Positions 25,880 through 40,397 of a stretch of 64,000 nucleotides of DNA are shown here, one piece after another. A program made the translations under genes and the position numbers. A model generated the notes under the pieces. That model did not search any database. It saw only the letters and a program-made list of their open reading frames with translations, and was not told the origin of the DNA. Numbering within the stretch: position 1 is the stretch's first letter; the number at the start of each line of letters is the position of its first letter. The stretch covers positions 1,514,917 to 1,578,916 of the forward strand of contig MU058418.1 of the NCBI GenBank assembly GCA_013265495.1, given 5' to 3'. Source of the stretch: Vicugna vicugna (taxonomy: Eukaryota).

Positions 25880-28800
25880 CAATAATGCTAACTATCTTCT
25901 AAAGCAAAAATCACTCTTTAGAGTAACATAATAGAATCCAGAGTCCCCACACTGAAGCATTTGCAATGTCCAGTATGGAACTTTTAAGAAAAGAAATACT
26001 AGCTATAAAGAAACAAGAAAATGTGACCCATACTTAAGAAAAAAAAAGTTAATAAATTCCAATGCTGAGAAGATGCAATAGTAGACAAGAACTTTAAAGC
26101 TGCTATTATGTATGTTTAAGGACTGAAAGAAAAATATACATAATAAATGAACAGATGAGAAAACTCATTAGAGAAATAAACTGTACAAATAAGACACATG
26201 GGAATTCTAAAGCAGAAAACTATAACAATTGAAATAATAAATTCACTCAACCGACTTAACAGTAGATTGGAGTTGGCAGACAAACAAGTTCATAACTCAA
26301 AGTTAATTCAATAGCAGTCCAATCTGAAGAACAGAGAGAAAAAAATTGAAGGAAAATAAACAGAGTCACAGAGACTTATGGGATAATATCAAGTGGTCTA
26401 ACACACATATAATTGGAATCTCAGACAGAAAAGAAAATGGAGGGAAAAAAATCAGAAGAAGTAAAGATAAAAAAAATTTCCCAATTTAGTTAAGGCTATA
26501 AATTTACAGATCCCAGGAAGTTGAACAAACCCTAAGTGGGATAAATAAAACACCCAGTGGGATAGAAAACCACATCTAGGCACATTATATAAAAACTTCT
26601 GTAATCCAAAGATTAGAAGAAAATTTTGAAAGCTTCCAGAGTGAAACAACACATTTTGTACAGGGGTACAATAATGCATATTACATTTTACTTCTAATAA
26701 GAAACAAAAGTGGCTAGAAGACAATGGAATAAAATATTTAAAGAACTGAAAGGAAAAAAACTCATTTACTTGTAAATTCTATCAAACATTTAACAAAGTA
26801 GTATCAACTTTATACAGAATCCTTTAGAAAATAAAGGAAAAATAAATACTTCACATCTTCTATTAAGAGACCAGCATAACCCTGCTACCAAAATCTGACA
26901 AAGGCATTAACAGAAAAGAAAATTAAAGATCAACATACCTCATGAATATATGATGCAAAAATTCTTAACAAAGTAATGTATCATGACAAAGTAAGTTTTA
27001 ACCCAAGAATGCAAGGTTAGTTTAACATATAAAATTTCAATAAATGTATTCCACACTAGAAACAGAATAAAAGATTATCACAATAGATGCAAAAAAGGCA
27101 TTTGACAGAACTCAGCACTCATTCCTGAATTAAAAAAAAAACTCTGAAAATTTGTAATAGAACATTCTCAATCTGATAAAGCATACCTGTGAAAAACCTA
27201 CAACAAATACCATATCTATTATTGTACAGAATACTTTCCTCTAAGATTAGGGAATGTCTGCATTTATCATTTCTATTTAATGTTACATTGGTGGTGTCAA
27301 CCATTGTTATAAGGCAAGAAATGAAATTAAAGTTAGAAAGATTAGGAAAGATGAAGTAAAACTGTCTCTATTTGCATATGTTATAATTGTTTATACAGAA
27401 AATTCCAAGGAATCAGCAATAATAACAGCAAAAATGTGAAACTAAGAAATGAATTTAGCAAGGTCTCAAGATAGAAAATCTATAAACATAGGTAACTTGT
27501 ATTTTTGTATACTAGCAGAAAATAATTGGAATATAAAATAAAAACCCAAATCAATTTCATTTAAAATAGCAGTACATTATAAAATGTTTTAGGAATGAAT
27601 GTAATGGAAGACCTCTACATGGTTGCAAAACCTCTGCCCTGAAAACTATGAAACACTGAAGAGGGAAGCTAAATAAATGGAAAGTTATACTATGTTCATA
27701 TATTGGGTGATTTAATGTGTTTAAAATGTCAATTTCCCAAACATTAATGTACAGATCCAATGAATCTCAATTGTAATCCCAGCAGAATTATGATTTTATT
27801 ATAGAAATTGAAAAATAGTTATAAAATGTATATAAAAATGCAAAAGACCTAAAATTGCTGAAACATTCTTGGATAGGAACAAAGGAGTAGACTCAATAAT
27901 GATCCCCTAAAGATGTTCATGTCCTAATCTCCAGAACCTGTGAGTATGTTACCTTATTAGGCCAAAGAGACTTTGAAGATGAATTAAGGATCTTGAGATG
28001 GGACAATATCCTGGATTACTCCAGCAAAATGAATATGAGGGTCCCTATAAGAGGGACAATAGGATTAGAGTGAGAGAAGGTGATACAATATCAGAAGCAG
28101 AGATTGGATTGACATGGCCATGAGCCAGAGAACACAGGCAGCCTTTAGAAGCTGAAAGATGAGAAATGGATTCTACCCTGGAGCCTCAGAGGGAACCAGC
28201 CCTGAAAACAACTTGATTTTAGCCCTTTAACACTCACCTCAGACCTGTGACCTCAAGAACTTTAAGAGAATAAATTTGTGTTGTTTTAAGCCACTAAGAT
28301 TGGGATAATTTGTTACAACAGCATTAGGAAACTAATACAGCTCCTATAAAAGACATACACTTTGAAGCTACAGTAATAAAAACAATGTGGTATTGGTATA
28401 AAGATAGTCACAACAATCAACGAAACAAAACAGAATCCAGAAACTGAGCCTCACATCTACAGATTATTGATTTTTCACAAAAGTGTCAAAATAATTTAAT
28501 GAGAAAAGGGAAGTGTTTTCAAAATGGTGCCAGGATAACTGGATATGCACATTTTGAAAGTGAACCTCGATTTCACATAACACACAAAAATTATTTTGAG
28601 ATGGACTATAGATGTAAACATAAAAGCTAACCACAGAGTATGTACAAGGAAACTCAGGATAATATCTTGACATCCTTGGGTTTGGCAGAAATTGCTCAGA
28701 CAGGACACAGAAAGGAATAACCATAAAAGAAAATAATTAACAAGTTAGTCTTCATCAAAATTAAATATTCTTCTCATCAAAAGACATTAATAAAATGAAT

Positions 28801-29253
28801 AGAAGTAAAGACTAGAAAATATTCATGAAACATGCATCTGACAAAGAATATATAAAAGAACTTCTACAGCTCCATGATAAAAAATGAACAACTCAATTGG
28901 TGTAAAAAGGCAAAATATTTGAACAGACATTTCAGAAATGAAGACACACACTTAACCAACAGCATATGAAAAAGTACTCAACCTCATCAGGAAAATGCAA
29001 ATGAAAACCACAATGAGATACTACCACATATCCATCAGAAATGGCTAAAATTTAAAAGACTGATAAGGCTAAATGTTAGTGATAATATGGAGTAACTGGA
29101 ATTCTCATATGTTGGTATATGAAGTCGGATATATGTTGGACTATAAAATGGTACAACCACTTTGGAAAATCGCTTGACAGTGTCATGCGGTTAACATACA
29201 GCTGCACTTTGACTTAGTAATTTCATTCCCAGGTATTTATCCAAGAGAAATAA

Positions 29254-29294
<41 letters not shown>

Positions 29295-29950
29295 CACACA
29301 AAATCAAAAGAACCAAAAAATATTTGTACAAGAATATTCATAGCAGGTTTTTTCACAATAGCCAAAGGCTGAAAGCAACTCACTCTCTATCAACCAGATA
29401 GTAAGACCCATGCTACAGTGGTTCTTCCACTGTAAGAACCAGTATTCTCACAAGGGAATACTACTGAGCAATCATCAAGAAGGAATTACTCAACAAAATG
29501 AATGAACCTCACGAACACTGTGATGAGTAAAAGAAGGCAGATTCAAGAGTATGTTTCCATTTATGTGATGTTCTAGAACAGGCAAGAAAAATCAAAAGTT
29601 AAAAAAACCAAAACAATGGCTTATCTATGAATGGGAGATGACTTAGAGGAGACATGAGGGAACTTTCTGGGGAGATGGAAATGTTCTGTATTGTGATAGG
29701 GGCGTCGATTACATGGGAGTATTCATTTGTCAAAATTGTACAGGTAAGATTTGTGTATTTTAATGTGTAGAAATTAACCTAAAAGAACTAACAATAACAA
29801 TTATAACTGATTGTGTGTGGGGGGAGTCGAGATACAGATGAAAGAAGAACGGCAGGATATTAATAATTGTTGAAGCTGGAGGTTGGATACATGAAGATTC
29901 ATTTTTTGTTCACTTTGTATGCACTGGAAATTTTAGTAGAAGTTTTAAAA
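25880..29950 (+). mobile_element. Large degenerate LINE-1 (L1MC/L1MD-like): ORF1 and ORF2 remnants plus 3' UTR
   Basis: A-rich sense-strand L1 with ORF1-like (tgggataatatcaagtggtctaacacacatataattggaatc) and ORF2-like (gagaccagcataaccctgctaccaaaatctgacaaagg; aatagatgcaaaaaaggcatttgaca) segments. Many stops and internal deletions; (CA)n at ~29253-29300. Confidence 0.88.
27886..28339 (+). mobile_element. MaLR LTR (MLT1D-type) nested in L1
   Basis: ccctaaagatgttcatgtcctaatctccagaacctgtgagtatgttacctta...aataaatttgtgttgttttaagccactaag...ggaaactaataca; L1 ORF2 resumes afterwards. Confidence 0.88.
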
Positions 29951-31419
29951 ATATAATAACCTGACTACAGCAAGACCCACTGAACATTATCTAGTATTTT
30001 TAACTAACTGGAGGTTAAAAATGAGAAATTAAGTGGCTTTCATCATGAATGTGTTTCTCTTCATTTCTTTGATCATTTTCATTTGTTTTAAATAGAAGAG
30101 AGGTCATCACTATAATGCAATCTTAATGCTGAACTTTGTAACTAACATTTCCTTGGAGCAGAGACTATAAAGAATTCTAATTTCATTACAAGGTTCACAA
30201 GTCTTCATGTTAGCAAATTATACAAGAATATATTTGATAAACCCAAAACATTAAGTTATCAAATTTTTTTTTAAAATTCCACTGAACTATACACTTAAAA
30301 ATTGTTAAGATGTTATGTGTATTTTACCACAATTTTAAACATTTATGTAAGCAAAGAAGTTCCAAATGAAGAGATGAGATGGTTTTCTTTTTCCTTCATG
30401 TACTCAATATTCATTTCTCTTGCCCTTGGATGTCACATGATACCCATTATGACAGTTCCTGGAAATAGAATACTTTTGAAAATATTTCAAATAGTTATCC
30501 TCACATTCCCAACAAGCAAAGATCCAGGATACCAATATTCCCTGAAATTTATAAACATAAATGTTTCATGAACAGTTGTTTTATCTGTAAACTTCTTGAT
30601 TAGTTTGTTTAATTTTAGCAGCTTATTTTGTATCTGCCTTTTGATTTCATAATTTAAAACCCCAATTTTGGGGTGAAGAAGAAGAAGAAATAGGATGGCT
30701 TTCATGTATAAAGAATATTTCAGAATAAATTCACTGAAGCAATCCTTAGAGAAAGAGGTGGCATTGTAGAAGTCAACTTTTTATAACATTTTAATTTGGA
30801 TTTTCTTCAAGTGTGCAAGCTCTCACTGGAATGTCTCTGGCTGGGCTACTGGGGTGGTTTTGAAATCCCCTTTTTCCGGGGAGCATGGTGGTTTTAGAAA
30901 CAGAACAGATATCCCCCCAGGGCAGCTTTGGGCAACCAGGCAGCAGGAACGACTCAGCAGCCTTGGCCAGGTAGTAGCGCTGGAGTGAGAGTTTTCTGGA
31001 ATGAATGAACACCCACTACTATTTTCCATGTTGAGTCATTTGGTTGGAAATGTCAAGTCTTGAGACAAATAATCTGATTGACTGAGCTTGGGTCCTGAAC
31101 CTGCCCCTGGCTGTTCAGGGTAGGGGTTGGGGAGGAGGGGTGTGGATATTGTGACAGGAAGTCTCTGCCAGAAAGAACCTCCAGTGACAGGACAGAGTGT
31201 CTCCAATTACTGTACATAATAGAGGAAATAAAATTTACAAAAGGAAATAGGGTGTTGTTACAGTGGGAGGATAGATGGGTCCACTTTTTAGCAGGAAAGT
31301 GGTTCAGGACAGAATTCCTAATATGGCCACACATTACTCATCCATTTCAGGCTCCTCCAGTCCAAGAAGATGACCATGCCTTATGGCATTCTCAATCACC
31401 CTGGCAATACTAGACACTG

Positions 31420-31880
31420 AGTGGGTATATGAGGATACTTTGGGCTGCAGGGAAAACCTCAACTCAACTGGCTCAAACAGTACAAAAAGTATTATTTCAC
31501 ATAACAAGTAATCCTGAGATAGGATGGGTTGGTTGAGTCAGTGCCTAAGTAATGTTATCAATGATCTGGGTTAATTTCATCTTTCTGTTCTGCCATTTTA
31601 AGTGTGTCAGTCATTGAATGGCTGCAGCGGCTCCAGGATTCATCCCCGCTCACCACTTAACCAGTGGCAAAACAAAGGGATTATTGTGTCCTTGTGTCTC
31701 TCTTTAAGAGTTAAAAAACTTTTCTCAGAAGTCCCTCAGCAGATGTTTTTTCGTGCCTCACTGGTCAGAACTGGGTCTCATGACTTTTTTGCCAGTTACT
31801 CTGAAGGAAAATGGAATTTCCACAACTGGCTTAATCAAGATAGCTGAGAGTGGGGCCAGCCTTCCCCAAACTCATGGCCA
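31420..31880 (-). mobile_element. Old MaLR LTR (MLT1J/K-like)
   Basis: tttgggctgcagggaaaacctcaactcaactggctcaaaca...ctttctgttctgccat...cctcactggtcagaactgggtctcatgac. Confidence 0.65.
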
Positions 31881-31959
31881 CAAAGAGTAAAATGGACAAT
31901 TGGACAAAGTTGGGTGAGGTTTGTAGACATTTGTCACATGTGTGGCTCCCTATATTTGA

Positions 31960-32405
31960 AAATTTCCCCACATTATTAGTTGCAAGGTGGAAGCAAGATT
32001 CACCTTCCCAGTTGGCAGCTAAGTTTGGGTGCAGGTATGTTACCTGGGATCCACCAACCTGAAACACTTGCACAAGACTTGAATTTAGAACCAGGAAAAG
32101 TGAGGCATCAGTTGCCACTTTTTTGATTGAAGCTGGAGGAGCATTGCAGAAAGACTACGGTTTTTAGACACAGCTGAGCAGTACCATCTGTGCATCATGT
32201 CCGTGTTGTAGGTGGCAGTGGCCATGGGTCTCCACTGGAGCAGTTTGGTGGTATGATTTGGGTATTGCTCCAGGTTATATTGTCTTTAAGTCTGATTTTC
32301 CAGCCCTCCTGGGGATTGTGCGAGCTCCCATGTGTCCTTAAATAAACTCCTTTCTAGCTTAAGCTAGCTTGAGTTGGTTCTGTTGTTCATTCCCAGGAAC
32401 TCTGC
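31960..32405 (+). mobile_element. ERVL-type LTR (LTR16/LTR33-like)
   Basis: 3' end aataaactcctttctagcttaagctagcttgagttggttctgttgtt is typical of old ERVL LTRs. Confidence 0.6.
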
Positions 32406-34544
32406 AAGGAAGAAGTGAGGAATGGCTGTTGGGTAGGGGAAGTAGTATGTACTATAGTAGGGGATCGGTAGGTGGATGGCATTGCATAACACTAGGGGGC
32501 TGTATTCTGTGGGGTGCACCCCACTTACAGAGAATAAAATGTGAATGATGCCGCGTAAGTTGTGCCCTGGAGCTGAACCTGGCTTCCTTTCTCCACCGTC
32601 CTCCTTGGGGTGGCTCAAAGACCACTACCTCTCTCTGGAAATCTGGTCTTACTGTCTCTCTTTTTAAGCATTTCCAAATAGCTTCCTACCCTGAGTATTC
32701 CCTCCCTGGCCTAATGGGTAGGTCTAACTTAATACTGTGTGGGAGAAATCACAGATCAGTCTAGCCAAGTCAAGCCAGGCATAAATAAAGAGGCTAAAAA
32801 AAAAAAAAAGAGAGATGCTATATAGTCGTGATTTTGTATCCTCTTACAAATAACTAAAAGGAAATGATCCTTCTCTGCAATTTACCTAACATTTTTATTA
32901 AACAAACAAATTTATGGTAACTTTAATGAAACTTTCAGTAACAGAAGGAAAACCTGTACTTAGATTCTGCCCCTCCCCCTGCCTTGACACAGCTACCTGT
33001 GTTCTTAACATTGTATTATTTGCATATCTCAATGCCTTTCTTAGTACAACTTATTTTAGTTAACCACCAACCACTCCCACTGGATATTTAGGGGGCTTCC
33101 AAACTTAGAAATATTGTATTAATTTCACATTAAGCAGGTGTAAAACATTGTCCTGTCTCTGAATAATGCAAATCACTGAATCAGATAAACATCTGAATGG
33201 CTCCGCTGGGCACTGCAGTTTTGCATTGCCACCAGCAGCCGGTGAGTGGACCAGTTTTGCTACACCATCGCCAGCAACAAGTATGTTTAAAATATCTTAC
33301 TAATTTAATAGAAGCAAAATGGAACCTTGTTGTTCTTTTATTTTGTATATTTTAATTATTATTGAGGTTTTGCTGCAATTCTGATTGTGAAGACACCCTC
33401 ATTCAGCATTGTTGTAGAATGTTCCAAGACCGAGTCAGCACCAGGCTCATGGGTTGTAAATGCTATAACGATGTGCACATTATCAAGAATGTTTCAGAAA
33501 GTGCCATGCGGTTTTTTTCAGGAGCTGGTTTTAGGCAGAATTAATCCTTTTAGAGGGTTATTATATTGGATTGTCCTAGTTATTATGTCAAAGGATAGCT
33601 TGGGGGAAGGGGATTTCTTCATTTGTCTGAACATTGCTAAACATTTAATTTCAAAACTTCTGCTTACTGCATAATGAAAAATGTTCACTGAACTTGTGGC
33701 AGTAAACTGTATTTTTGACATTTGAAAAATCTGAAATAGATTAATATTACAGAATTACACTGGTTCTCGGTAACATCTCTTCTCAAAAATAAAACAGCTA
33801 TTTTTTTAGATAAATGACTCCTCCTCTTTTTGTCTTATTTTCTCTGCTGCAAACATAAGCAGTCACTTTAAAAAATTAACCATTGAAAGAAATTTACATT
33901 TTGGAAAACATGGCTGAATTTTGAATCCTAGTATAGAATTTCTTACAGAAAGCTGGGGTCTTGGAAAACAGAATATTCTTTTTTGAACTGCCTTTTGAAA
34001 AGGGAAATTAATTATAACTTTTACTTTTCCAGGCCGTGCCATCCTTGGGGAGGACAAGCAAAAAGTAACAAAAATAGCTTTTGGCTCCAAGTGCCCACCA
34101 ATGGAAATGCTGAAACCCATGTCCTCTAAGTTCCTTTCTTCCCTAGCAGATGACCCTGTGGATAAACCCTGCATCATGGTGGCTGTTGATTATGCTCCCA
34201 CTTGGTACCCTCCTCTGCTCTGCCCCCTGGTGGCCTCAGGCTGGCATTGCTGCTGCCTCCACATAGTTTGGCCTTGTTGCCACCCCAGAGGTTCCTCCCC
34301 TCTGTCACCACCCCCACCTCATGCCAGCCTCAGGTGTCTACTGACGCTGCTCTCGCTGAGAAGGAGAGGGGTTTGTTTCCTTTACACGTTACTGCAACCA
34401 CTGTGCAGTCACTCTCTGATAAGTTCATATCCTCGGGATCTAACAGCCCCTTTTCCAGAAAAACTACTCAGTTACCCTGGCCCTAGATCAAAGGACATTT
34501 AAGTGACACAATGTATCATTGCCTCAGAAAAGTCTCTCATCCCT

Positions 34545-34768
34545 CTTCAACAGCTGGAACAACTTGGATAGACATGTGCAGCAGAACGAAGTTTGACCAA
34601 TACCTACACTGTACAAGAATTAACTCAGAATGGACCAAAGGCTTTTAAATGTTCAGAGTTAAAACTGTAAAACTCTGAGAAGAAAACAGAAGCCTTCATG
34701 ACCTTGGATTTGGCAATGGAGTCTTAGATACGATGCCAAAAGCACAAGCAACAAAAGAAAAAAAAATC
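34545..34768 (+). mobile_element. L1MB-like ORF2 fragment
   Basis: aattaactcagaatggacc...aaaactgtaaaactctgagaagaaaaca...catgaccttggatttggcaatgg...ccaaaagcacaagcaacaaaagaaaaaa. Confidence 0.8.
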
Positions 34769-36979
34769 TTGACTAGGAGTGTGGCCAGCCATCATGTATG
34801 ACTGCACAAAAGGGCCACATCTGCTCTTCAACCTGCAGAAGCTCCTGGAACCCAAGAAGTAACCCTACCTAAGAGGTGTCTTTTATCTCTACACTTGCTA
34901 TAAAAGCTGCCCTCGTTAGCTCCCAGTGCCCAGAGATATGCTCCCTTGTGTGCCTTTCCTGGCTAACCATTGATTTCTCATGCCTCCATCCCCTTCCTGT
35001 GCCTCCGGTCTTCACTCTCACATATCTCATGGTACCACAGACTGCTAGAACCCACTTTCCTTCACAGACCCAGGAAGTGAGGCCCACGGAGTGCGCATGT
35101 TTTCTCCCATGTTACAGAGTGGTCAGGGGAAATGTGTGAGGCTTGAACTCAGACTCCAGGCTCTGAGCCCAGGGCTCTTTCCTGGAGGGTTCACATGGGG
35201 CCTCTGATGACTGTAGATCTGGGAGGCTGGTGACCCCTACAGGTGCCTGTCTGCAGGAGCTGACTTGCAGGAGAGCTTTTGGCTCACACTGACGCTGACA
35301 GAAAAGGAAAGGGTCTGTTGGTGCCTAGAGGAATGAAAAGATAAGAAAATGTGAGGGATGGAGGCGGGATCTGACCCTTAGCCAGGCCTGTGGACTGGGT
35401 TTGTGGCCCTGAGGGAGGAGCAGGTGAGAAGTGAGATGCAATATTTCTGAAGGGTCATGTGAGACTCTTGGGGGATGCAGGGCTGCCCTGAGGGCCAGGT
35501 GCGCACAGGATCAGGAGAGGCCTCCCCAGCACTCCCACTCCAGGGTGGCAGCGTGGGCAAGGGGCCAGAACCATGCTCCCCAAAGGAAGGGCACCCTCAG
35601 CTGGGGCAGCGAGGGGCCCTTGAGATGGTGTGAATCGGGGAACGTGACGGGACTTGTTCCCAAGCACGGGTGAGCCGGCGCAGCCGCAGGCCCTCCCAGA
35701 AAGAACTGGCAAGAGGCTGGTGGTGAGGGGTGCTGGTGGGGGGCGGCGGAGGGGGCTGGAGTGACTGTCAGTGGACCGACACCTTGGCACATAAGGGTTA
35801 CACATTATGAAGCCCTCATTGATTTGTTCATTTATTCAACAGATTTTTATTGAACATCTGTATGTTCCGGCCACCGTTCTTGTATCAAGGACACCCAAAG
35901 GTAAGCAAGAGGGACAGCCTTCTACTGTTCGGCATTTACCATCCTTTTAGCTAGGTGCTTCCATTCTCTTTCATTGGGGTTCTCCTCTCCAGGATCCAAA
36001 TGAACAAGAAGTATAATAAACAATGAGAAAAACAATAACCAAAAAAGAGATGGTTTGGAACACCTTTTAAAACTTCCTATAGAGGCATTTATCTTTCCTT
36101 TTGGTGAGGTTCTTGAGAGCAAGGACTATCTGGGAATGGGACACCTGTACTGAGTGCTTAGGGACCATAAAATGATGCTGCTCCATGCCAGATGTGCTTT
36201 CCTCGTGGCAAATCATGACATCAAGGTGGGTCCTGGCTGGAAAACTACACTGCCCTCTGCCTGAAGGTGTTCTAGGAGGCCAGCTGGTACAAGATGCAAT
36301 CACATGGCTTCCTAAGAACTTAAGCCACTTAGTGCAAAGCCTGGTGGATCTTTAGTGTTGGGTGCTAGGCTGAAACAGGGGTGGAGCATCGCATAGTGAG
36401 CAATGGTTGGCTGGGGGCTGGGCCCCTGAAGCTTCATTAGAGGGCATGCCAGTGGGGGGTCTGGAACAGCTGCAGCCAACGGGCAGAGAGTAGCAGGGGT
36501 CTGGAGGAGCCAGGGGGGTCTCCACTCCTGAGAGCAAATGAGCTGCTCTGAACACTGCCATCTTGCCAAAAATTCCTTCTTTTAGTTTGAGTTTGAGCTC
36601 TCAAAATCAAAACCGTTTAAACATTGAAAAGCCTCTGTTTCTATCCAGATCCTAAGAATTGTCACAATGAAATAAACAAAAAAACACCTGATTGACACAC
36701 CATTCATTTTAACAGTCTTTAGGTGTGAACTTAGAAAACACCCAGAAAGAAGAATTTCACGGAGACTTTTTCAGTGCTGAAACTTCCCAACTTCTTGATC
36801 AGTCAAGGCCAGTCCACTGGTTCTCAAGTTTCAGACAGAAACTGTTTTATCCACACTGCATCATGGGATAATCATCCTGTTTACTTCTGAATTTATATTT
36901 CCTCTGTGTTTGTATCATAGCTTTTCATTCTATGAGTCTTGCAGAGATGAAATAGGAAAAGAGCGAGCGAAGTGCCTTA

Positions 36980-37225
36980 TTTTCAGCTTTTTATTTTGAG
37001 ATTTTGCACATTCATATGCAGTTTTAAGAAATGACATGGAGAGGTCCTGAGAGGTCCTATGTGCCCCTTGCTCAGTTTCCTAATGGTAATGTCTTGAGAA
37101 CGATGTACAATGTCACAGCCAGGGCATTGACACTGACACAATCCATCTTTGTCAGATTTCCTATTTCACATGTACTAGGGTAAGGGCGCATGCACGCATG
37201 CGTGCGTGCGTGCATGTGTGTTATG
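36980..37225 (-). mobile_element. L1MC-like 3' end ending in an alternating purine-pyrimidine tract
   Basis: tttattttgagattttgcacattcatatgcagttttaagaaat...cagtttcctaatggtaatgtcttg...tcacagccagggcattgacactgacaca. Confidence 0.7.
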
Positions 37226-38859
37226 GAATGTGAAGTGTCTGGGGCTCTGACACAAAGTGCTTTGCAAGTGCACAGGGATTATCATGAGGTTTTCATTGTT
37301 TTGTGGCTATTACTTTTGCATTCTTGGTAGATAATACTATGAACCCTATTTACGTAGTATATTTTATCTGAATCGCAGAAAGAATTGTATGATTCATCTC
37401 ATCTCAATGAACACCTGTGCTTAGCATTGTTAGATTTTAAAGATATTGCTATTAGAAGCTCAGATATTGTCAGCCAGATTTGGGACCTGCTAGGATTCCT
37501 TCTGTCTGACTAAACCTGAAGCTGGACTCTATTTCCTTGATCACTTGAATTCCCACTGCTAAATTAAACTTTGTTTTCTCTATTTAGATTTTCCTTCTTA
37601 TCATATTACCAAGATAATACAGTCTTGGGCTGGTAACGCAACAGTACAGAAGTACATTGGTTTACAAATCAAACAAACTGAATTTGAGAGCCCCAAGAAG
37701 TGGCAAAGGAATACCCTGGGCGACCCCTACTGAGCTCACGGGTCTCCAGCCTGGCTGGGGGCATTCCCCCTCAGGGCAACTCACTGCCATTTTCACACAA
37801 GAGAGAGCTGAGGAGCCTCTCTAGCTGAGAGCCTCAAGCTCCAGGCTCACAGCCTTCTCTGGGGCTGCCAGGTTCTGTGGGGAGACACTTCTCCACAGCG
37901 TCATGAGCACAGCACGAGAGGTTTGGGGAACAAGACATTTGACAGGTCAGGTTCTTCTCCCCCTCTGTCCCCTGTCCTTAGTACCTCTGGCCTTTTTTGG
38001 GCCTCTGTCCACCCTGACTTTCCAGGGCAGGGGCCAGCCAAGCCACACCCTGGACCCCATTCCCTGGCTCTCACAGCTGAGCCACCTCCCAAATCTCCAA
38101 CCCTCAGCTCTGCCTCTGGCCACAGCCCCGGCTGTGGAACCCTAGAGCTTGCTGTATCTCGAGGGTCTTTGTATGTAGTTCACCCGCCACATCTTACAGA
38201 TGAGAAAACTGCAGCTATTCAGGGTCGCACCCCCAAGTGCACAGCTAAAGAGTGTCCAAGGCAGCGTTTGAAGCAGGGTCTCCTGACTCCCAGTCCAGGA
38301 CTCTACCACAACGTACTTCTCACGTCCCTCCCTCAAATGGCTTCCTCTGCTCTGTGCCCTCGCATGACCTCCATCCTCCAGCTTCTCCCAAACCTCCAGA
38401 CCAGGACACTCGCCTTTCCCTTTACTTCCTCTTACGACCTAGGCATGTAGCCCACCTCTTCAGGCTTCATCCTCTGGGCCATCCCCAGTCCTGGCCACCC
38501 CCATATTTCTGCTCTTTCTTTCTGCTTTCTATTTCTATTTCTGCTCTCCCTCCTAGGCCACGGGACATTGTACAGACAGCCACAAAAGCATCCTGACTAG
38601 ATCCGCCAAGAACTTGAGCAGTGGAAAACAGGAGGCAGGAGAGAATGGGAAGATACACTTCATCTTCTTTCTCTCTCTGGTGGACTCTCCCAAGGTAAGT
38701 TCCACCTTGTAATCCTTCCAGATGAGTGCCAGGGCTGTATAACCATCCTTGCTGAGCGCCCTGGCTTTTTAAGGGTGGGATCCATCCAAAGCCAAGGCAA
38801 GGAGGTGGGGAGATGCAAGGAGTGTGCAGGGAATGGCAGCAGGTTGTCTGAGTACATGG

Positions 38860-39090
38860 GGTGTATGGGAATGCAGCCTACAGGGTCACACTACTGGGGC
38901 TTGAATCCTAGATCCACCATTTTTACCAGCTGGGTGACCTGGGCAAGTAAAGAATTTAAACCTCAGTTTTCTTGCATGTAAAATGAGGATAATTGTAGTA
39001 CTCCAGGATTGAAAGATCTGCTGATTTCAAGTCGTGAAACACTTAGCACAAGGCCTGTTAAAACCCCGAAATAAATCCTGGCCATCATAA
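38860..39090 (+). mobile_element. MIR SINE
   Basis: ttgaatcctagatccaccatttttaccagctgggtgacctgggcaagt...cctcagttttcttgcatgtaaaatgagga. Confidence 0.75.
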
Positions 39091-39847
39091 TGAAGTAGAA
39101 GCAGAGGTGGTGGACGGATCCCGGAGAATCTGGAATTTAATTTGGTGGTCAATGGGCAGATGCTGAGAGCTTGTGAGCAGAGACAAGCACATCCAGGACC
39201 GTGGTCTCTGACAGTCACTTTAGTTGCTGAGTGCAGGGTGGACTTGGAGCAGGAGGAGAACAGAGTGGGGTCAGAGGGACCTGGTGGAGAGTAGACATAA
39301 AGAGTGCCCAAGATGGCATGGTAACCCAGTGAGGCTGGGGGAGACTTGAAGGATAGCACCATGAGTCTGTGAGACTCATCTCTGGGTCATGCATCATTGG
39401 GGTCCTCTTTTTTCCTTCTGCTCTGAAACCCAGGATTCTTGTGACATCTCTGCCTCCTCTTGTATCCTGGCTGAGGGCCTCAGACGGGGGACTTCTGACC
39501 TTCACTTGGGCTGGGGTTCTCCATGCTGGCTGCTACACATGACAGCCTCCTCAGCAGCTCTAAAAAGTGCTGAGCCCCATTCCCCTGTGCTCCTATCTCC
39601 TGGCAACTGGGCCAATACTGGGTTGCATGCTGGGCAGAGATGCTTTTTGAAGCTCTCTGGGTGATTCTAATGGCAGCCTTGATTGGGCAGCAGTGAGGCC
39701 AGGAATCACAGCCTTACTTCAGGACTTAGCACCAAACAGAGCATCCTGCCTCAGCATTTCTCTTTTGGTTCTCTCATTCCAATCAGGACGAGCAACTTTC
39801 AAAACCTCGTTTGTCGGAATCTAACTCTTTGTTAGACCATGTGACGT

Positions 39848-40397
39848 TGTGGCAGAGGTGGTCAGCACCTACCCAACAGCCATTGCTCCTTCTTCCTGCT
39901 GAACAGAACTCCAGTTTGGTTCAGGTTGTGGCAGCAAAATACTTCCAGAAGATGGGCTCCTCCCACAAACCCCAGGGGATGGAACTTGATTGATCAAAAC
40001 CAATCATAGTAATAGTAATCCTCTTCATCTCTGCCAGTGACTGCTGTGTGGGCATGGGACACAGTTCTGGCCAATGAAATGTAAGAACACAGCTGAGGCA
40101 CTTCTGGGAAATCTTTTCCTTCTCAGTGTAAAGACTGTATGGAGAGGGCTCTGCCCCTTTCCTTCCTTCCCTCCTCTGAGACACTGTCATGTGAGAATGC
40201 ACAGCTAAGTGCTGCCACCAACATCTTGTGACCATATTGGGAGGCATGACTGATACCCCTTAATGCCATCCATGAGCTGCAGGGCAAACCCTGAAACAGC
40301 CCACTTCGAGATTTATTGTTAAACAAAATAATATCTCTGGTATTTAACCAACCTCTGTTGGGGTATCCAGTTACAGCTGAAAGCTTCTAAAAGATAC
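39848..40397 (+). mobile_element. Old MaLR LTR (MLT1I/J-like)
   Basis: Starts tgtggcaga; contains gggcatgggacacagttctggccaatgaaatgtaag; ends cagttacagctgaaagcttctaaaagatac. Confidence 0.75.

Noticed and set aside
37923..38450. 175-aa ORF; likewise 42603-43085 (160 aa)
   Set aside because: Non-ATG starts, no recognisable protein family or exon structure; the first overlaps a MIR.
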